Assembly (NCBI GenBank): GCA_963825525.1
Contig: CAWGTN010000002.1
Coordinates: forward strand, 384,001 to 448,000
From: an uncultured Chloroflexia bacterium
GTDB lineage: Bacteria > Chloroflexota > Limnocylindria > QHBO01
Length of the DNA: 64,000 nt
Reading direction: 5' to 3'
Shown: positions 40,526 to 51,535 of the stretch, one piece after another
Numbering within the stretch: position 1 is the first letter of the stretch
How the letters are laid out: every line of letters starts with the position of its first letter
The notes under the pieces: generated by a model
The model's input: only the letters and a program-made list of their open reading frames with translations
Databases searched by the model: none
What the model was told of the DNA's origin: nothing
Program-made: the position numbers and the translations under genes

Positions 40526-41719
40526 GCCAGCGCACCGAGCAGGATCGCGTCGTACTCGCCGCCGATGCGCGTCGCCGGCTCACCCTCGGGCACCACCAGC
40601 AGCCCGTTCGCCGACGCGAGGGGCAACAGCTGCGAGGAGCCCTGGCCCCCGGCCGAGGTTGCCCGATAGCCGGTTGCATCGGCTTCGACCCTGACCCGCA
40701 GGTAGGCGCGACGACCGGGATCCTTGGCGATCTCCTCTTCGGTCCGCGCTCGCACACGAACGCGGTCGTCGACCGACAGGCCCAGCATGGCGCGGATCAT
40801 GGGGCGCACGAACACCTCAAAGGTGACGAGGGCACTCACCGGGTTCCCCGGCAGGCCGATGAACGGCAGCACGCCGATCTTCCCATACGCGAGTGGCTTG
40901 CCGGGCTGCACCGCGATCCGCCAGAAGTCCAGGTCTCCGAGGCGCTCGATCACGGCTCGCACGTGATCGTGCTGGCCCACGCTCACGCCCCCTGATGCAA
41001 CGAGCAGGTCCGAGCCACCGGTCGCGTCACGGATCCGCGCCTCGATGACCTCCGGATCATCGGGCGCCCGCTCAAGGATGTTCGGCATGCCGCCCGCCTC
41101 CTCGACCGCCGCGGCGAGCGCGAAGGCATTGGCATCGTAGATCTGGCCGTGGCCAAGGTGATCTCCGGGCGACCGCAGCTCGTCGCCGGTCGACAGGATC
41201 GCCACGGTGGGACGGCGGCGGACCGCGACGGTCGCGACACCCATGGCCGCCAGCAGCCCGATGGCCGACGCTGTCAGCGGCGTCGACCCGATGGGGACGC
41301 GCTGGCCACGGCCCACGTCCAACCCTGCAGGCCGAACGTGAGAGCCGGGCACCGGAGACAGCGAGAATTCCACGTGGCCGTCACGCTCGACGGCATCCTC
41401 GATCGGCACGATCGTGTCCGCACCGTCCGGGACGGGGGCCCCGGTCATGATGCGCACCGCCGTGCCCGGTGCGACGGCCGGTGCCGGTGGCCCACCCGCT
41501 CGCGACTCACCGATCACCGGACGGCTCCGTCGGTCATCCGAGGAACACACGGCGTACCCGTCCATCGCCGAGTTGTCGAATGTCGGAACGTCGGCACTCG
41601 CGACGATCTCGCGGCTCGGATGGCACCCGGCCACGGGCTTCCGACAGTGGCACCTTCTCAGAGTCCACGATGCTGACCGCACTGACGAGCCTGCGAAGCG
41701 CCTCGTCGACCGAGAGCAT
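40522..41719 (-). CDS. moeA: Molybdopterin molybdotransferase; frameshift near 41610
   Basis: MLSVDEA start, [35 protein letters not shown]. Confidence 0.92.
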
Positions 41720-41723
41720 CGGC

Positions 41724-42848
41724 TCAGACGCCGAGCTTCATCCGCGCCTCGATGAGGCGCATGATCCCCCGTCGTGACACGAGCCCAACGGGGAGCCGCG
41801 CCTCGTCGCCGATGACCGGGAGCTGGCTCACCTCGTGCTCCTGGATGAGTCGCAGCGCCTCGACCAGGGGCTCATCCGGGCCGATGGTCGCCAGGTCGCC
41901 GTAGCGGGTCATGATGTCGGTCACGCGTGCCCCCTCCCACGACTCGCGGGGCAATCGCCGGACGTCGGAGAGGGTCACCACGCCGGCCAGTCCGCCGTCG
42001 TCGTGCCGAACCAGGAACGATCGGTCGTCACCGCGCATGAGGTGCTCCGAGACGAGCTCGGAGACCAGCTCATTGGGTGCCACCGTTGCCGGTTCCAGCT
42101 CCATGGCGTCGCGGACCCGGACGCCGCTCAACGAACGCTCGAGGCCAGCCTGCGCCTGTGACGACTCGGCGGCCGTCGCCAGGAACCAGCCGACCAGGGC
42201 CAGCCACAGTCCGCTGCCGATGTCACGCGAGCGAAGGGCCCAGAACACGCCACCGGCCACCATGAGGTAGCCGACAACGCGACCCACAATCGCCGCCTGG
42301 CGGGTGGCCGTGAGCTGGTCGCCACGGATCCGCCACAGGACGGCGCGCAGCACGCGGCCGCCGTCCATCGGGTATCCGGGAACGAGGTTGAAGACGCCGA
42401 GCACGATGTTGATGAATCCAAGCCAGCCGAGCAGGGTCTGCGCCTCCCGCTGCGGAATGAGCGCGCCGACACCGAGCAGCAATGCGCCCAGCAGGAGGCT
42501 GGAGATGGGACCGGCGAGGGCGATGGCCGCCTCGTCACGCGGCCGCTTGCTATCGGCCTCGATGCTCGTCGCGCCACCGAAGATGAACAGGGTGATGCCC
42601 GACACCTTCAGGCCCAGGCGCCGCGCCAGGATGGCGTGCGAGAACTCGTGGATCAGGACCGAGACGAAGAAGAGGATCGCGGTCCCGGCCCCCAGCAGCC
42701 AGTACTGGGTGGTCGTCAGTCCGGGGGTGGTACTCGGGAAGAACGCATCGGCCAACGTGTAGGTGAGGAGGCCGGCAATCACCAGCCAACTCGGATGCAC
42801 GGAGAGGTCGATTCCCGCCACGCGTGCGATCTTCCATCCGTTGCCCAT
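41724..42848 (-). CDS. Site-2 protease (M50) with CBS domains
   Basis: HEFSH, AGP, FNLVPGYPMDGG, C-terminal CBS pair. Confidence 0.92.
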   Translation of the reverse strand: MGNGWKIARVAGIDLSVHPSWLVIAGLLTYTLADAFFPSTTPGLTTTQYWLLGAGTAILFFVSVLIHEFSHAILARRLGLKVSGITLFIFGGATSIEADSKRPRDEAAIALAGPISSLLLGALLLGVGALIPQREAQTLLGWLGFINIVLGVFNLVPGYPMDGGRVLRAVLWRIRGDQLTATRQAAIVGRVVGYLMVAGGVFWALRSRDIGSGLWLALVGWFLATAAESSQAQAGLERSLSGVRVRDAMELEPATVAPNELVSELVSEHLMRGDDRSFLVRHDDGGLAGVVTLSDVRRLPRESWEGARVTDIMTRYGDLATIGPDEPLVEALRLIQEHEVSQLPVIGDEARLPVGLVSRRGIMRLIEARMKLGV

Positions 42849-42857
42849 GGGCGGAGT

Positions 42858-43484
42858 CTAGATCAGGGCGGGCGGCGCGTCCCCGGAGGCGCCTCTCCAT
42901 CTCGCGTAGCCGATCAAGGTGACGATCAGGGCGGTCAGGATGACGGCCAACCCAGCAAGCAGCGTCGCGTCGAACCAGAACCCGTCGGGGAACAGGACGA
43001 TGAGCTGCGAGCCGGGCGCGAACAGGTAGGTGCCCGGTGGAAAGAAGATCGCGTGGAACGCTAGGAAGGCAGGCTCGAAGGCCACGCTGAACACGACCGC
43101 CAGGACGAGCGCGACGAGACCGACCGAACCCGATGCGATCAGCATCACGCGACCCTGGCGTCGCCGTTCGCGGCGCAGCCACGAGCCGGCGACCCCGACC
43201 AGCACGAGCCCCATGATCGCCACGGCCGCCAGGACCTGCACCAGGCGCGACACATCGGCCATGTGCGAACGCTCACGCTCGTCCAGGAGCGGCTCCTGGC
43301 CGTCCAGGGCGGCATCGAATGGTCCGTTGACGTAGATGTCAGCCAGGATCGCACCGGTCACACGATCGATCTCGGCCTGGGTCGTACCCAACTCGGCGGC
43401 GACCTGGTGGCGCTGCTGGAGCGCGGAGGTCAGCCACGGGTTGAACAGCAGCAACGGTCCGGCGAGCGTGATCGTGACCGCCAA
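42858..43484 (-). CDS. DUF1461 membrane protein; start may lie up to ~70 nt further upstream
   Basis: ERSHMADV, FLAFHAIFF, LIVLFPDGFW. Confidence 0.82.
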   Translation of the reverse strand: MAVTITLAGPLLLFNPWLTSALQQRHQVAAELGTTQAEIDRVTGAILADIYVNGPFDAALDGQEPLLDERERSHMADVSRLVQVLAAVAIMGLVLVGVAGSWLRRERRRQGRVMLIASGSVGLVALVLAVVFSVAFEPAFLAFHAIFFPPGTYLFAPGSQLIVLFPDGFWFDATLLAGLAVILTALIVTLIGYARWRGASGDAPPALI

Positions 43485-43549
43485 CCCGAGTCCGAAGAGG
43501 ATGCCGACCGCGCCCGGGGCGCGCGACGCCGGTCGGGGTTCGCCGACGG

Positions 43550-43927
43550 TCAGAGGACGCGACCAGCCATGCGGCTCGACCCGATGACCATGGAAAGCAC
43601 CATGCCGACGATGCTGATCACGATCGATCCCAGGAGGGCCGCGAAGAAATCGCCGACAACGAACCCGAGGGCCAGCTCAGACGAGATCGCGCTCGTGAGG
43701 AGCAGCAGCAGGGCGTTGATGACGAGGAGAAAGAGCCCCAGGGTCATGATCGTGATCGGCAGGGTGAAGATCCGAAGCACCGGTCGCAGGAACGTGTTGA
43801 CGGCCCCGAAGATGGCGGCGACCAGCAGCAGCTTCCACCACTCGCCGGTGAACTCGAGGTTCGGCACGATGAGGACCGCCACGTACAGCGCGGCGGCGTT
43901 GACCAGGATCTGAATGACTCGGTCCAT
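43550..43927 (-). CDS. 4-TM holin-superfamily IV (YvlD-like) membrane protein
   Basis: VNTFLRPVL..FTLP..IMTLGLFLLVINA. Confidence 0.85.
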   Translation of the reverse strand: MDRVIQILVNAAALYVAVLIVPNLEFTGEWWKLLLVAAIFGAVNTFLRPVLRIFTLPITIMTLGLFLLVINALLLLLTSAISSELALGFVVGDFFAALLGSIVISIVGMVLSMVIGSSRMAGRVL

Positions 43928-43937
43928 GGCGCCTAGC

Positions 43938-45275
43938 CTAGCCGATGGTGTCCACGCCCGGCGGCCCGCCGAGCAACCGACCGCGTACCCAGGCGGCGCG
44001 GACCATGTTCGGGTGGGGCCGGAAGATGAGGCGGCTGGCAAGCTCGTCCGCGTCGGTGGGCGGCTCGTCCCCGGGAAGTGGCGTGGTCAGGCGCGGGTCG
44101 ATCGCGATCAGGTCCGCCTGCTTTCCGACCTCCAGTGATCCGATCTCGGACTCGAGCCCCAGGGCCGTGGCGCCACCCAGGCTCGCGACCCGGAGCCAGT
44201 CGAGGGGTCGGAATGCTCCCCCGCTCGATGCTCGGCCGGTGAGCTCAAGTACTCGTTGGGTCACCGCGCCGGCCCGCATGACGCTGAACATCGAGACCTC
44301 GGGTCCGCCCGCCACATCGCTCCCCAGCCCGAGCACCATCCCCGCCTCCCGGTAGGCGGCCAGCGGCATCATCCCGCTCGAGAGGAACAGGTTCGACGCC
44401 GGACAGTGAGCCACCCGCGAGTCGCTGTCCACCAGGCGCGCCACCTCGTCATCGGAAAGGTGGATGGCGTGCGCCAGGATGGCCCGGGGTCCGAGGCCGC
44501 CGGCACGCTCGTACACGTCGAGATAGTCGCGCGAGCCGGGAAACAGCCGAAGGACCTCTTGGATCTCACCGGCGTCCTCGGAGATGTGGGTCTGCCAGTA
44601 CGCACCGTGGCGGGTCGCCAGCTCCGCCGACTCGCGGAGCATCTCGGCGGAGCACGACACCGCAAATCGCGGCGTGAAGGCATAGCGCAGGCGTCCGTCG
44701 TCCCGACCGTGCCACCTTGTTGCGAGGTCGTCGGATTGACGCAGGCTGGTCTCGAGGATGTCGCCAGCCCCTATTTCGGCGTCGTAGGTCAGCCGATCCA
44801 TCATCACCTTGCCGATGACGGCGCGGATGCCGTGCTCCTCGGCGGCCTCGAACGCCGCGTCCGTCGAATCCGGCCAGAGGGCGGCATAGGCAACCACGGT
44901 GGTCGAGCCGGCGGCCGCGAAGGCGCGCCACGCTGCCGGGGCCTGCCGCTCGGCGACGGATCGGTCGTACGCTCGCTCGAGCGGGAAGATGTAGCGGTCG
45001 AGCCACGCCAGCAGATCCAGCCCGCTTCCCAGGCCGGCGTTGGGCAGCTGCGGCAGATGGGCATGGAGGTCGACGAGACCGGGCATGAGCACGAGTGGGC
45101 GCAGGTCGACCGCCTGCTCCGCGGCGCGTCCTGTCCAGGCACCAACGTGGGAGATCCGGCCGGCAGCATCGACCTCGATGAGGCCGTCCACCTCGTCGAG
45201 CAGACCGCCATCATCGCGCGGCGAGAGCAGCCGGGCGCGAAGCGCGAACGAGGGATTCGGCGGAAGTACCGTCAT
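43938..45275 (-). CDS. guaD: Guanine deaminase-like amidohydrolase
   Basis: DLHAHLPQ, WLDRYIFPLE, TPRFAVSCS, QTHISE, HCPASN, GSDVAGG. Confidence 0.85.
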   Translation of the reverse strand: MTVLPPNPSFALRARLLSPRDDGGLLDEVDGLIEVDAAGRISHVGAWTGRAAEQAVDLRPLVLMPGLVDLHAHLPQLPNAGLGSGLDLLAWLDRYIFPLERAYDRSVAERQAPAAWRAFAAAGSTTVVAYAALWPDSTDAAFEAAEEHGIRAVIGKVMMDRLTYDAEIGAGDILETSLRQSDDLATRWHGRDDGRLRYAFTPRFAVSCSAEMLRESAELATRHGAYWQTHISEDAGEIQEVLRLFPGSRDYLDVYERAGGLGPRAILAHAIHLSDDEVARLVDSDSRVAHCPASNLFLSSGMMPLAAYREAGMVLGLGSDVAGGPEVSMFSVMRAGAVTQRVLELTGRASSGGAFRPLDWLRVASLGGATALGLESEIGSLEVGKQADLIAIDPRLTTPLPGDEPPTDADELASRLIFRPHPNMVRAAWVRGRLLGGPPGVDTIG

Positions 45276-45337
45276 CGACGCCGATGCTACATGCCCGGAG
45301 CGAGTATCCTTCCGGTTCTACCGTTAGGAGGCCTCTC

Positions 45338-45544
45338 ATGGCCAGTGGCAGCATCAAGAAGATCGTGGCCGATCGCGGCTTCGGCTTCATCACCGGCGAG
45401 GATGGCAAGGATTATTTCTTCCACCGCGACGGGCTCAGTGAGACGATCGACTTTGATCGTCTCGTCGGCGGCGAGGCAGTAACCTTCGACGTCGAGTCCA
45501 ACCCGCGCGGTCCGCGCGCAGCGAACATCAAGGCCGCCGAGTAA
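45338..45544 (+). CDS. Cold-shock domain protein
   Basis: RGFGFI, DYFFH, RGPRAANI; TAGGAGG RBS. Confidence 0.93.
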   Translation: MASGSIKKIVADRGFGFITGEDGKDYFFHRDGLSETIDFDRLVGGEAVTFDVESNPRGPRAANIKAAE

Positions 45545-45567
45545 CTCACTCGACTTCCTTGCGACAC

Positions 45568-45604
45568 GGCGGCTGACGACGTCCCTCGGGCGCTCGTCAG
45601 CCGC
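45568..45604 (+). terminator. Stem-loop after cold-shock gene
   Basis: GCGGCTGACGA...TCGTCAGCCGC 11-bp stem; weak U tract. Confidence 0.55.
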
Positions 45605-45774
45605 TTCGTCATACATGCGGGCACGACAGACGCCCCATGCCGATCCGAATTCGTCTTGTGAGTGCGGATGGCGCGAACGTTGTGGTTCGTCAACCCGGGG
45701 TGGCCCGGAGCGCCGCGTCGGATGTCCGCCGTCTCCAGCGCGGCGCGACGGCCGACAGCTCGGGATCGAAGGAT

Positions 45775-45851
<77 letters not shown>

Positions 45852-45881
45852 ACCGACGGCGGTCAGTATAGCGGCCACCGC

Positions 45882-46895
45882 TCAGCCGCCGGCAATGCCC
45901 CCGAGCTCGTCCTTCGTGCTGCGCGCCATGAGCTCCGCGACGGCGGCCATCGGTGCGCGGCCCTCGAACACCACGGCACGCACCTGCTGGGCGATCGGCA
46001 TCTCCACGCCATGCTCGGCGGCGAGCTCCAGCGTGCCGGCGAGGGTCGCGACGCCCTCCGCCACTCCGGTGAGGTGCTCCCCCGCCTCGGGCCACGGGAT
46101 GCCGGACGCGATGAGCTCACCGGCCCTCCGGTTCCGTGACAGAGGCGACATGCAGGTCGCGATGAGGTCACCCACCCCGGCCAGCCCGGCAAACGTGAGG
46201 GGGTGCGCGCCGGCCGCGACGCCGAGACGGGTCATCTCAGCCAGGCCCCGGGTGATGATCCCCGCCTTGGCCGAGTCGCCGAACTCGAGTCCATCGACCA
46301 TGCCGGCGGCGAGGGCGACGACGTTCTTCAGCGCACCGCACAGCTCGACCCCCACCATGTCGGGGTTGGTGTAGATCCGGAACCGATCGGACGAGAGGAG
46401 CGCGGCCACGTCCGCGGCCAGCTCGGCATCATCGGAGGCAACCACCGAGCCCGCCGGCTTTCCGGCGCCGATCTCCCGCGCCAGGTTCGGGCCCGACAGT
46501 GCTGCCACTCGTCGACCCGGCAGCACCTGTTCGATGACCTGGGTCATCCGCAGATGCGTCCCCTCCTCGATGCCCTTGACCACCGAGACGATCGCGGCAT
46601 CGGGGTCCAACAGAGAGCCGATCGCCTCGAGAGTCGTGCGCACATGAGCTGATGGGACCGCGAGCACGTACAGGCGGTGCGGCTCCGACAGGAACGCATC
46701 GTCGGTCACGATCCGCACGTTCGGTGGAAACACGACACCCGGCAGATAGCGCTCGTTGGAGCGGGAGTGCGCGAGCCGTTCGGCAGCCTCCGTGGTGTGC
46801 GCCCGCAGGCTCACCGGCCGCTGGGCATCGGCCAGCAGGACGGCCAGGGTGGTGCCCCAGGCACCTGCGCCGATGATTCCGATCTGGTCACTCAT
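45882..46895 (-). CDS. gpsA: NAD(P)H-dependent glycerol-3-phosphate dehydrogenase
   Basis: GAGAWGT, SGPNLA, GALKN, GDLIATC, SRN. Confidence 0.95.
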   Translation of the reverse strand: MSDQIGIIGAGAWGTTLAVLLADAQRPVSLRAHTTEAAERLAHSRSNERYLPGVVFPPNVRIVTDDAFLSEPHRLYVLAVPSAHVRTTLEAIGSLLDPDAAIVSVVKGIEEGTHLRMTQVIEQVLPGRRVAALSGPNLAREIGAGKPAGSVVASDDAELAADVAALLSSDRFRIYTNPDMVGVELCGALKNVVALAAGMVDGLEFGDSAKAGIITRGLAEMTRLGVAAGAHPLTFAGLAGVGDLIATCMSPLSRNRRAGELIASGIPWPEAGEHLTGVAEGVATLAGTLELAAEHGVEMPIAQQVRAVVFEGRAPMAAVAELMARSTKDELGGIAGG

Positions 46896-46905
46896 GGCTG
46901 CATCC

Positions 46906-48342
46906 TCACCGCCGCCGGTTCGTCGCTCGCTTTCGCGGTCGCACGGACTTCCGCGCCGCCTCCTCCGACTCCCGCTTGCGCAGGATGAGCCGGATCGGCG
47001 TGCCCAGGAAGCCGAACTTCTCGCGAACCTGGTTCTCGAGGTAGCGCTTGTAGCTGAAGTGGACGATCTCCGGGTCGTTGCAGAAGACCACGAAGGTCGG
47101 TGGCGCAACGCCCACCTGGGTCGCATAGAAGATCTTCGGCAGCCGATTCCGCACGTGCGACGGCGGATGCGCTCGGACAGCATCCATGATGAGCCGATTC
47201 AGCTCGCCCGTCGGAACGCGCCGATACCGCTCCTCGGCCACGCGCAGCGCCTCGCGGAGGATTCGCTCGAGTCGCTGTCCGGTCAGTGCCGAACCGAACA
47301 CGATGTCCGCCCAGGCCAGGTACGGCGCGTCGCGACGGAGTCGCTTCATCCAGCGGTCGGCGGTGTTCTCGTCCTTCTCCACCGCGTCCCACTTGTTGAG
47401 GACCAGGACGATCCCCTTGTGCGCCTCGAGGACGTAGCCGACCACGTGGGCGTCCTGCGCGGTGTACCCCTCGATCGCGTCGATCATGACCACGGCCACG
47501 TCCGCCGAGTCGATGGCCTTCATGCTGCGCAGCACGCTGTAGCGCTCGATCCCGCGGTCGATGGAGCCACGGCGTCGGATGCCGGCCGTATCCACCAGCA
47601 CGAGCGGCTGTCCGTCGAGCTCGATGGCCGTGTCGATCGGGTCGCGGGTGGTGCCCGGCGTATCCGAGACGATCATGCGCTCCGAGCCGAACACGCGGTT
47701 CACGAACGTCGACTTGCCCGTGTTCGGCCGTCCCACGATGGCGATCCGCGGCGCGCCGAGTTCCGTCTCGGCCAGCTCCGCCATCTCTTCCTCGGTCATG
47801 TCCTCCGGCTCGAGGATCACGGCATCCTCGGCTTCGGTCTTCGGCGGAAGGCCCTCGACGATGAGGTCGGCCAGGTCGCCGGTATTGCGCCCGTGCTGCG
47901 CGCTGACCGTGATGGCAGGATCGAATCCCAGGGCGTAGAACTCGACCGCATCGGCCTCGCGCGCCGGGTTGTCGCCCTTGTTGATGACCAGGATCACCGG
48001 CGCCTCGGCTCGGCGCAGGCGATCGGCCACGTCGTGGTCGAGAGGTGCAAGTCCGACATGGGCGTCGACCACGAAGAGGATGAGATCGGCTTCCTCGACC
48101 GCCACGCGCGCCTGGTCCTGCACCCGCTCCTCGATGTGCGTCCCGGGCTCGAGCTCCAGGCCCCCGGTGTCGACGACCGTGAAGGTCCGGCCATTCCATT
48201 CGGCCGTCCCGTAGACGCGGTCGCGAGTCGTGCCGGAGACGTCGGAGATGATCGCCACGCGCTCGCCGATCAGCCGGTTGAAGAGCGTGCTCTTGCCGAC
48301 GTTCGGGCGACCGACGATGGCGACCACGGGAAGGGAGGACAT
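46906..48342 (-). CDS. der: Ribosome biogenesis GTPase Der
   Basis: Two G domains (GRPNVGKS, GRPNTGKS, DTAG) and KH-like C terminus. Confidence 0.97.
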   Translation of the reverse strand: MSSLPVVAIVGRPNVGKSTLFNRLIGERVAIISDVSGTTRDRVYGTAEWNGRTFTVVDTGGLELEPGTHIEERVQDQARVAVEEADLILFVVDAHVGLAPLDHDVADRLRRAEAPVILVINKGDNPAREADAVEFYALGFDPAITVSAQHGRNTGDLADLIVEGLPPKTEAEDAVILEPEDMTEEEMAELAETELGAPRIAIVGRPNTGKSTFVNRVFGSERMIVSDTPGTTRDPIDTAIELDGQPLVLVDTAGIRRRGSIDRGIERYSVLRSMKAIDSADVAVVMIDAIEGYTAQDAHVVGYVLEAHKGIVLVLNKWDAVEKDENTADRWMKRLRRDAPYLAWADIVFGSALTGQRLERILREALRVAEERYRRVPTGELNRLIMDAVRAHPPSHVRNRLPKIFYATQVGVAPPTFVVFCNDPEIVHFSYKRYLENQVREKFGFLGTPIRLILRKRESEEAARKSVRPRKRATNRRR

Positions 48343-48429
48343 CGACTGAGTGTAGCGGCGTGTCGCCATGGCATCGGACGATGGTCCCGGAGGCTACGAC
48401 GGGCGGACGCCGCGCATTAGGATCAGGCC

Positions 48430-49695
48430 ATGAGGATCGGGTTCGTCGCCACGAGACTGTTCGGCGTCGACGGGGTGACCTTCGAAGCCGCGAAGTGGGA
48501 GGCCGTGCTCGGGCGCATGGGCCACGAGATGCGCCTGCTGGCGGGCGAGGTGGACGCACTCCGGCCGAACGCCACGATGGTGCCCCCGATGCACTTTGCC
48601 TATCCACCCGCCGCTCGTGTCACCGCCGCCGCATTCGACCCGGCCAGCGATCCCGACGCGGTGCGTGCCGAGATCCAGCGGCTCGCCAACCAGCTCCTGC
48701 CGGTACTGCACAGCTGGGTTCAGGTCCAGCACATCGAGCTGCTGGTGATCGAGAACGCCTGGGCCATCCCGATGCACCTTCCACTCGGCGTTGCGCTGCG
48801 ACGGCTCGTCGAAGAGACGGGTCTTCCGGCGATCGGCCACCACCACGACTACTGGTGGGAGCGGGAACGGTTCGCAGGCTGCGTGGTTCCGGAGGTGCTC
48901 GAGGCGGCGTTTCCTCCGGCCATGCCCGGCGTCCGTCACGTCAGCATCAACAGCCTGGCGGCCGATCAACTGCGCCGGCGTCGAGGCATCGCGTCCTCGG
49001 TTGTGCCGAATGTCTTCGACTTCGCAATGGGCCGACCGCGCCCGCATCCCGCCGTCCGTCGTCAGTTGCGTGCCGAGCTCGGCATGGGCGAGCGAGGCGT
49101 GCTCGTCGTTCAGCCGACGCGGGTCGTGCCGCGCAAGGGCATCGAGCTTGCGATCGAGCTCGTCGGACGCCTGCGCGATCGGCACGCCGTGCTTCTGATC
49201 ACGAGTCCGGCCGGCGACGAGGGCCTCGACTACCTCGTTGAGCTCGAGCGCCGGGCCGATGGCGCGGGGGTGCGCCTGCGCTACGCGGCGGATCGGTTCA
49301 CGCCTGACTTCGAGGGTCAGCCACTCCGACCGGCCCATTCGCTCCACGACGCCTACCTGGCCGCGGATCTCATCACCTACCCGTCGCTGTACGAGGGGTA
49401 CGGCAATGCGCTGGTGGAGGCGATCTACTACGGGAAGCCGACCGTCGTGAATCGCTACAGCGTCTATGAGGCCGACATCCGGCCCCTCGGCTTTCGGCTC
49501 ATCGAGATCGATGGCGCAATCAGTGCCGACACCGTCAGCGAGGTCCGAGCCACGCTGGCGGACCCGCGCCGCCAGGCGAGGGTCGCCCGCAAGAACTTCG
49601 AGATCGGCAGGCGCCACCTCTCGTACGAGGTCCTTCGAAGCCGCCTGCGACGCTACATCGGCAAGCTGACCGAGACACGGGAGCAACCAGGATGA
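48430..49695 (+). CDS. Glycosyltransferase family 4 (MggS-like)
   Basis: TRLFGVDGVTFEAAKW, HHHDYWWER, QPTRVVPRKGIE, YPSLYEGYGNA. Confidence 0.85.
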   Translation: MRIGFVATRLFGVDGVTFEAAKWEAVLGRMGHEMRLLAGEVDALRPNATMVPPMHFAYPPAARVTAAAFDPASDPDAVRAEIQRLANQLLPVLHSWVQVQHIELLVIENAWAIPMHLPLGVALRRLVEETGLPAIGHHHDYWWERERFAGCVVPEVLEAAFPPAMPGVRHVSINSLAADQLRRRRGIASSVVPNVFDFAMGRPRPHPAVRRQLRAELGMGERGVLVVQPTRVVPRKGIELAIELVGRLRDRHAVLLITSPAGDEGLDYLVELERRADGAGVRLRYAADRFTPDFEGQPLRPAHSLHDAYLAADLITYPSLYEGYGNALVEAIYYGKPTVVNRYSVYEADIRPLGFRLIEIDGAISADTVSEVRATLADPRRQARVARKNFEIGRRHLSYEVLRSRLRRYIGKLTETREQPG

Positions 49696-49707
49696 CCTGA
49701 GGCCCGC

Positions 49708-50580
49708 TCAGGCTGTCAGCGCGAAGACCCGTTCCCGGATTTCCTCGAGGTCAACCTCCGGCGTGGATGTGCCGCCGGTGATGCCGATGCGGGCCTTGCC
49801 CTGCAGCCAGCCGGCGTGCTCGGCGGCGAGCTCATCGGCATCGGCGACGTGAACCGTATCGGGCAGGATCTCGCGGCATTTCACGGCGAGCTCCTTGGTG
49901 TTCGAGCTGTTCTTGCCGCCGACCACGATCATGGCGTCGACCTCCTTGGCGAGCGCCACAGAGTCGTCCTGGCGCGTGAGCGTCACGGGGCAGACGGTAT
50001 TCACCACCCGCAGGTCGTGGGCGCGGCGCAGGCAGAACGCGGCGAACTCTTCGAGCTTCTGCGGCAGGATCGTCGACTGGCTCAGCACGCCGATCTTCTT
50101 GGTGCGTGGCACGCGCTCCCAGGTGGATCGGTCCATGTCATCCACGACGACGTGCTTCTCGCCGGCGTAGGAGCGGACGCCCTTGACCTCCGGATGATCC
50201 TCGTGGCCGATGATGCAGACCGTGTAGCCGGCCTCCGCAAGCTCCCGGGCCGCTTTCTGCGACTGGAGAACCCAGGTGCAGGTGGCATCGATGACCTCGA
50301 GGCTCCCCTTGCCCTTCACCGTCTCGAACTCGGACTTCGGCACGCCATGGGCACGGATGACGAGGGTGCCACCCTCGACCTGGTCGGCGAGGTCGGCGGT
50401 GCGGATGCCGCGGTCCGATAGATCGGCCTTGATACCGGGGTTGTGTACCAGCTGGCCGAGGGTGGTCACGTCCTTCCCCTCGCTTCGGGCGTGCTTGGCC
50501 TTGTCGATCGCCAGCCGCACGCCGTAGCAGAAGCCGGCGCGCTCGGCGATGCGAACGTCGGGTCGGGTGGCCGTGGTCAT
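49708..50580 (-). CDS. ispH: 4-hydroxy-3-methylbut-2-enyl diphosphate reductase
   Basis: GFCYGV, LVHN, IRAHG, DATC, HPEV, TVC, SSNT, GTSTP. Confidence 0.95.
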   Translation of the reverse strand: MTTATRPDVRIAERAGFCYGVRLAIDKAKHARSEGKDVTTLGQLVHNPGIKADLSDRGIRTADLADQVEGGTLVIRAHGVPKSEFETVKGKGSLEVIDATCTWVLQSQKAARELAEAGYTVCIIGHEDHPEVKGVRSYAGEKHVVVDDMDRSTWERVPRTKKIGVLSQSTILPQKLEEFAAFCLRRAHDLRVVNTVCPVTLTRQDDSVALAKEVDAMIVVGGKNSSNTKELAVKCREILPDTVHVADADELAAEHAGWLQGKARIGITGGTSTPEVDLEEIRERVFALTA

Positions 50581-50687
50581 GACATCCATTCTAGAAGGGA
50601 TACGACGCAGGTTCCGTACCGGCATCATGTGAATGACGGCGGCCCACCGTAGGATGGGTGTTACCCACCGTACTGGAGATGTTGCAA

Positions 50688-50888
50688 ATGTCCGGACACC
50701 ACAACGAATCACCCCTCGAAATGGCCGAGGATCTCCCGGCCGAGACGTTCATCGCCGCGACCGGCCTGTCCATCGCACTGTCGCTCGTGCTCTATGCCAC
50801 CGGCCGCAAGCAGGCGGCGCAGTTCGTCGGCCTCTGGGCACCGACGATCATCAACCTCGGCCTGTTCCTGAAGCTCATCCGCAGGTAG
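50688..50888 (+). CDS. Small 2-TM hypothetical protein
   Basis: GGAG RBS; FVGLWAPT motif. Confidence 0.7.
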   Translation: MSGHHNESPLEMAEDLPAETFIAATGLSIALSLVLYATGRKQAAQFVGLWAPTIINLGLFLKLIRR

Positions 50889-50896
50889 CCGTCGGG

Positions 50897-51535
50897 CTAC
50901 TGCTGGGCCGGGGGGAGCAGCGCCCGCACTGCGGCGTGCATCCGGGCCGTTGCCTGCTCGAGGGCCTCGCGGTCGATACGTCCCGATGGCTGATGTGGAA
51001 GGGTGATCGGTTCCCCGATCCGCACGGTCAGGCGGGTCGCGTGAGGGATGCGGGAGCCGTCGGGGAAGAGCCGGTGTGATCCGGCGATCGCGACCGGCAG
51101 CACCGGAGCACCGGACCGGATGGCGAGGAACGCTGCCCCGGACTTGAACTCCTTCAGGTGGCCGTTTCTTGATCGCGTGCCCTCCGCGAAGATCGCGATC
51201 GGGCGGCCGGAGGCCAATGTCTCGAGGCTGAAGCGCTGCGCGTTTCGGTCGCCTTCCCCACGCCGCACGAAATACGTGCCTGACTGGGTCGCCAGCCAGC
51301 CGATGAAGAACCAGCTGCGCATCTCGATCTTGGCCATGAAGTGAATCACGCGCCCCACCTGGTGGCCGGTCGCCCAGCCGATGAAGGGCGGATCCAGGTT
51401 CGAGCAGTGGTTCGACACCAGGATGAACGACCCCGTGCGCGGCACGTGCTCGACTCCCTCTGCCCGCAGTCCCCACAGCAGGCGCGCCGCCCCAGCGATG
51501 AGTGCCGCACCGGGATGGAAGAACCAGCTACGCAT
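50897..51535 (-). CDS. plsC: 1-acyl-sn-glycerol-3-phosphate acyltransferase
   Basis: NHCSNLD, FMAK, FAEGTRS, PVLPV. Confidence 0.9.
   Translation of the reverse strand: MRSWFFHPGAALIAGAARLLWGLRAEGVEHVPRTGSFILVSNHCSNLDPPFIGWATGHQVGRVIHFMAKIEMRSWFFIGWLATQSGTYFVRRGEGDRNAQRFSLETLASGRPIAIFAEGTRSRNGHLKEFKSGAAFLAIRSGAPVLPVAIAGSHRLFPDGSRIPHATRLTVRIGEPITLPHQPSGRIDREALEQATARMHAAVRALLPPAQQ

Noticed and set aside
43550-43927. Prophage suggested by holin-family gene
   Set aside because: This 4-TM family is commonly chromosomal; no phage genes nearby.
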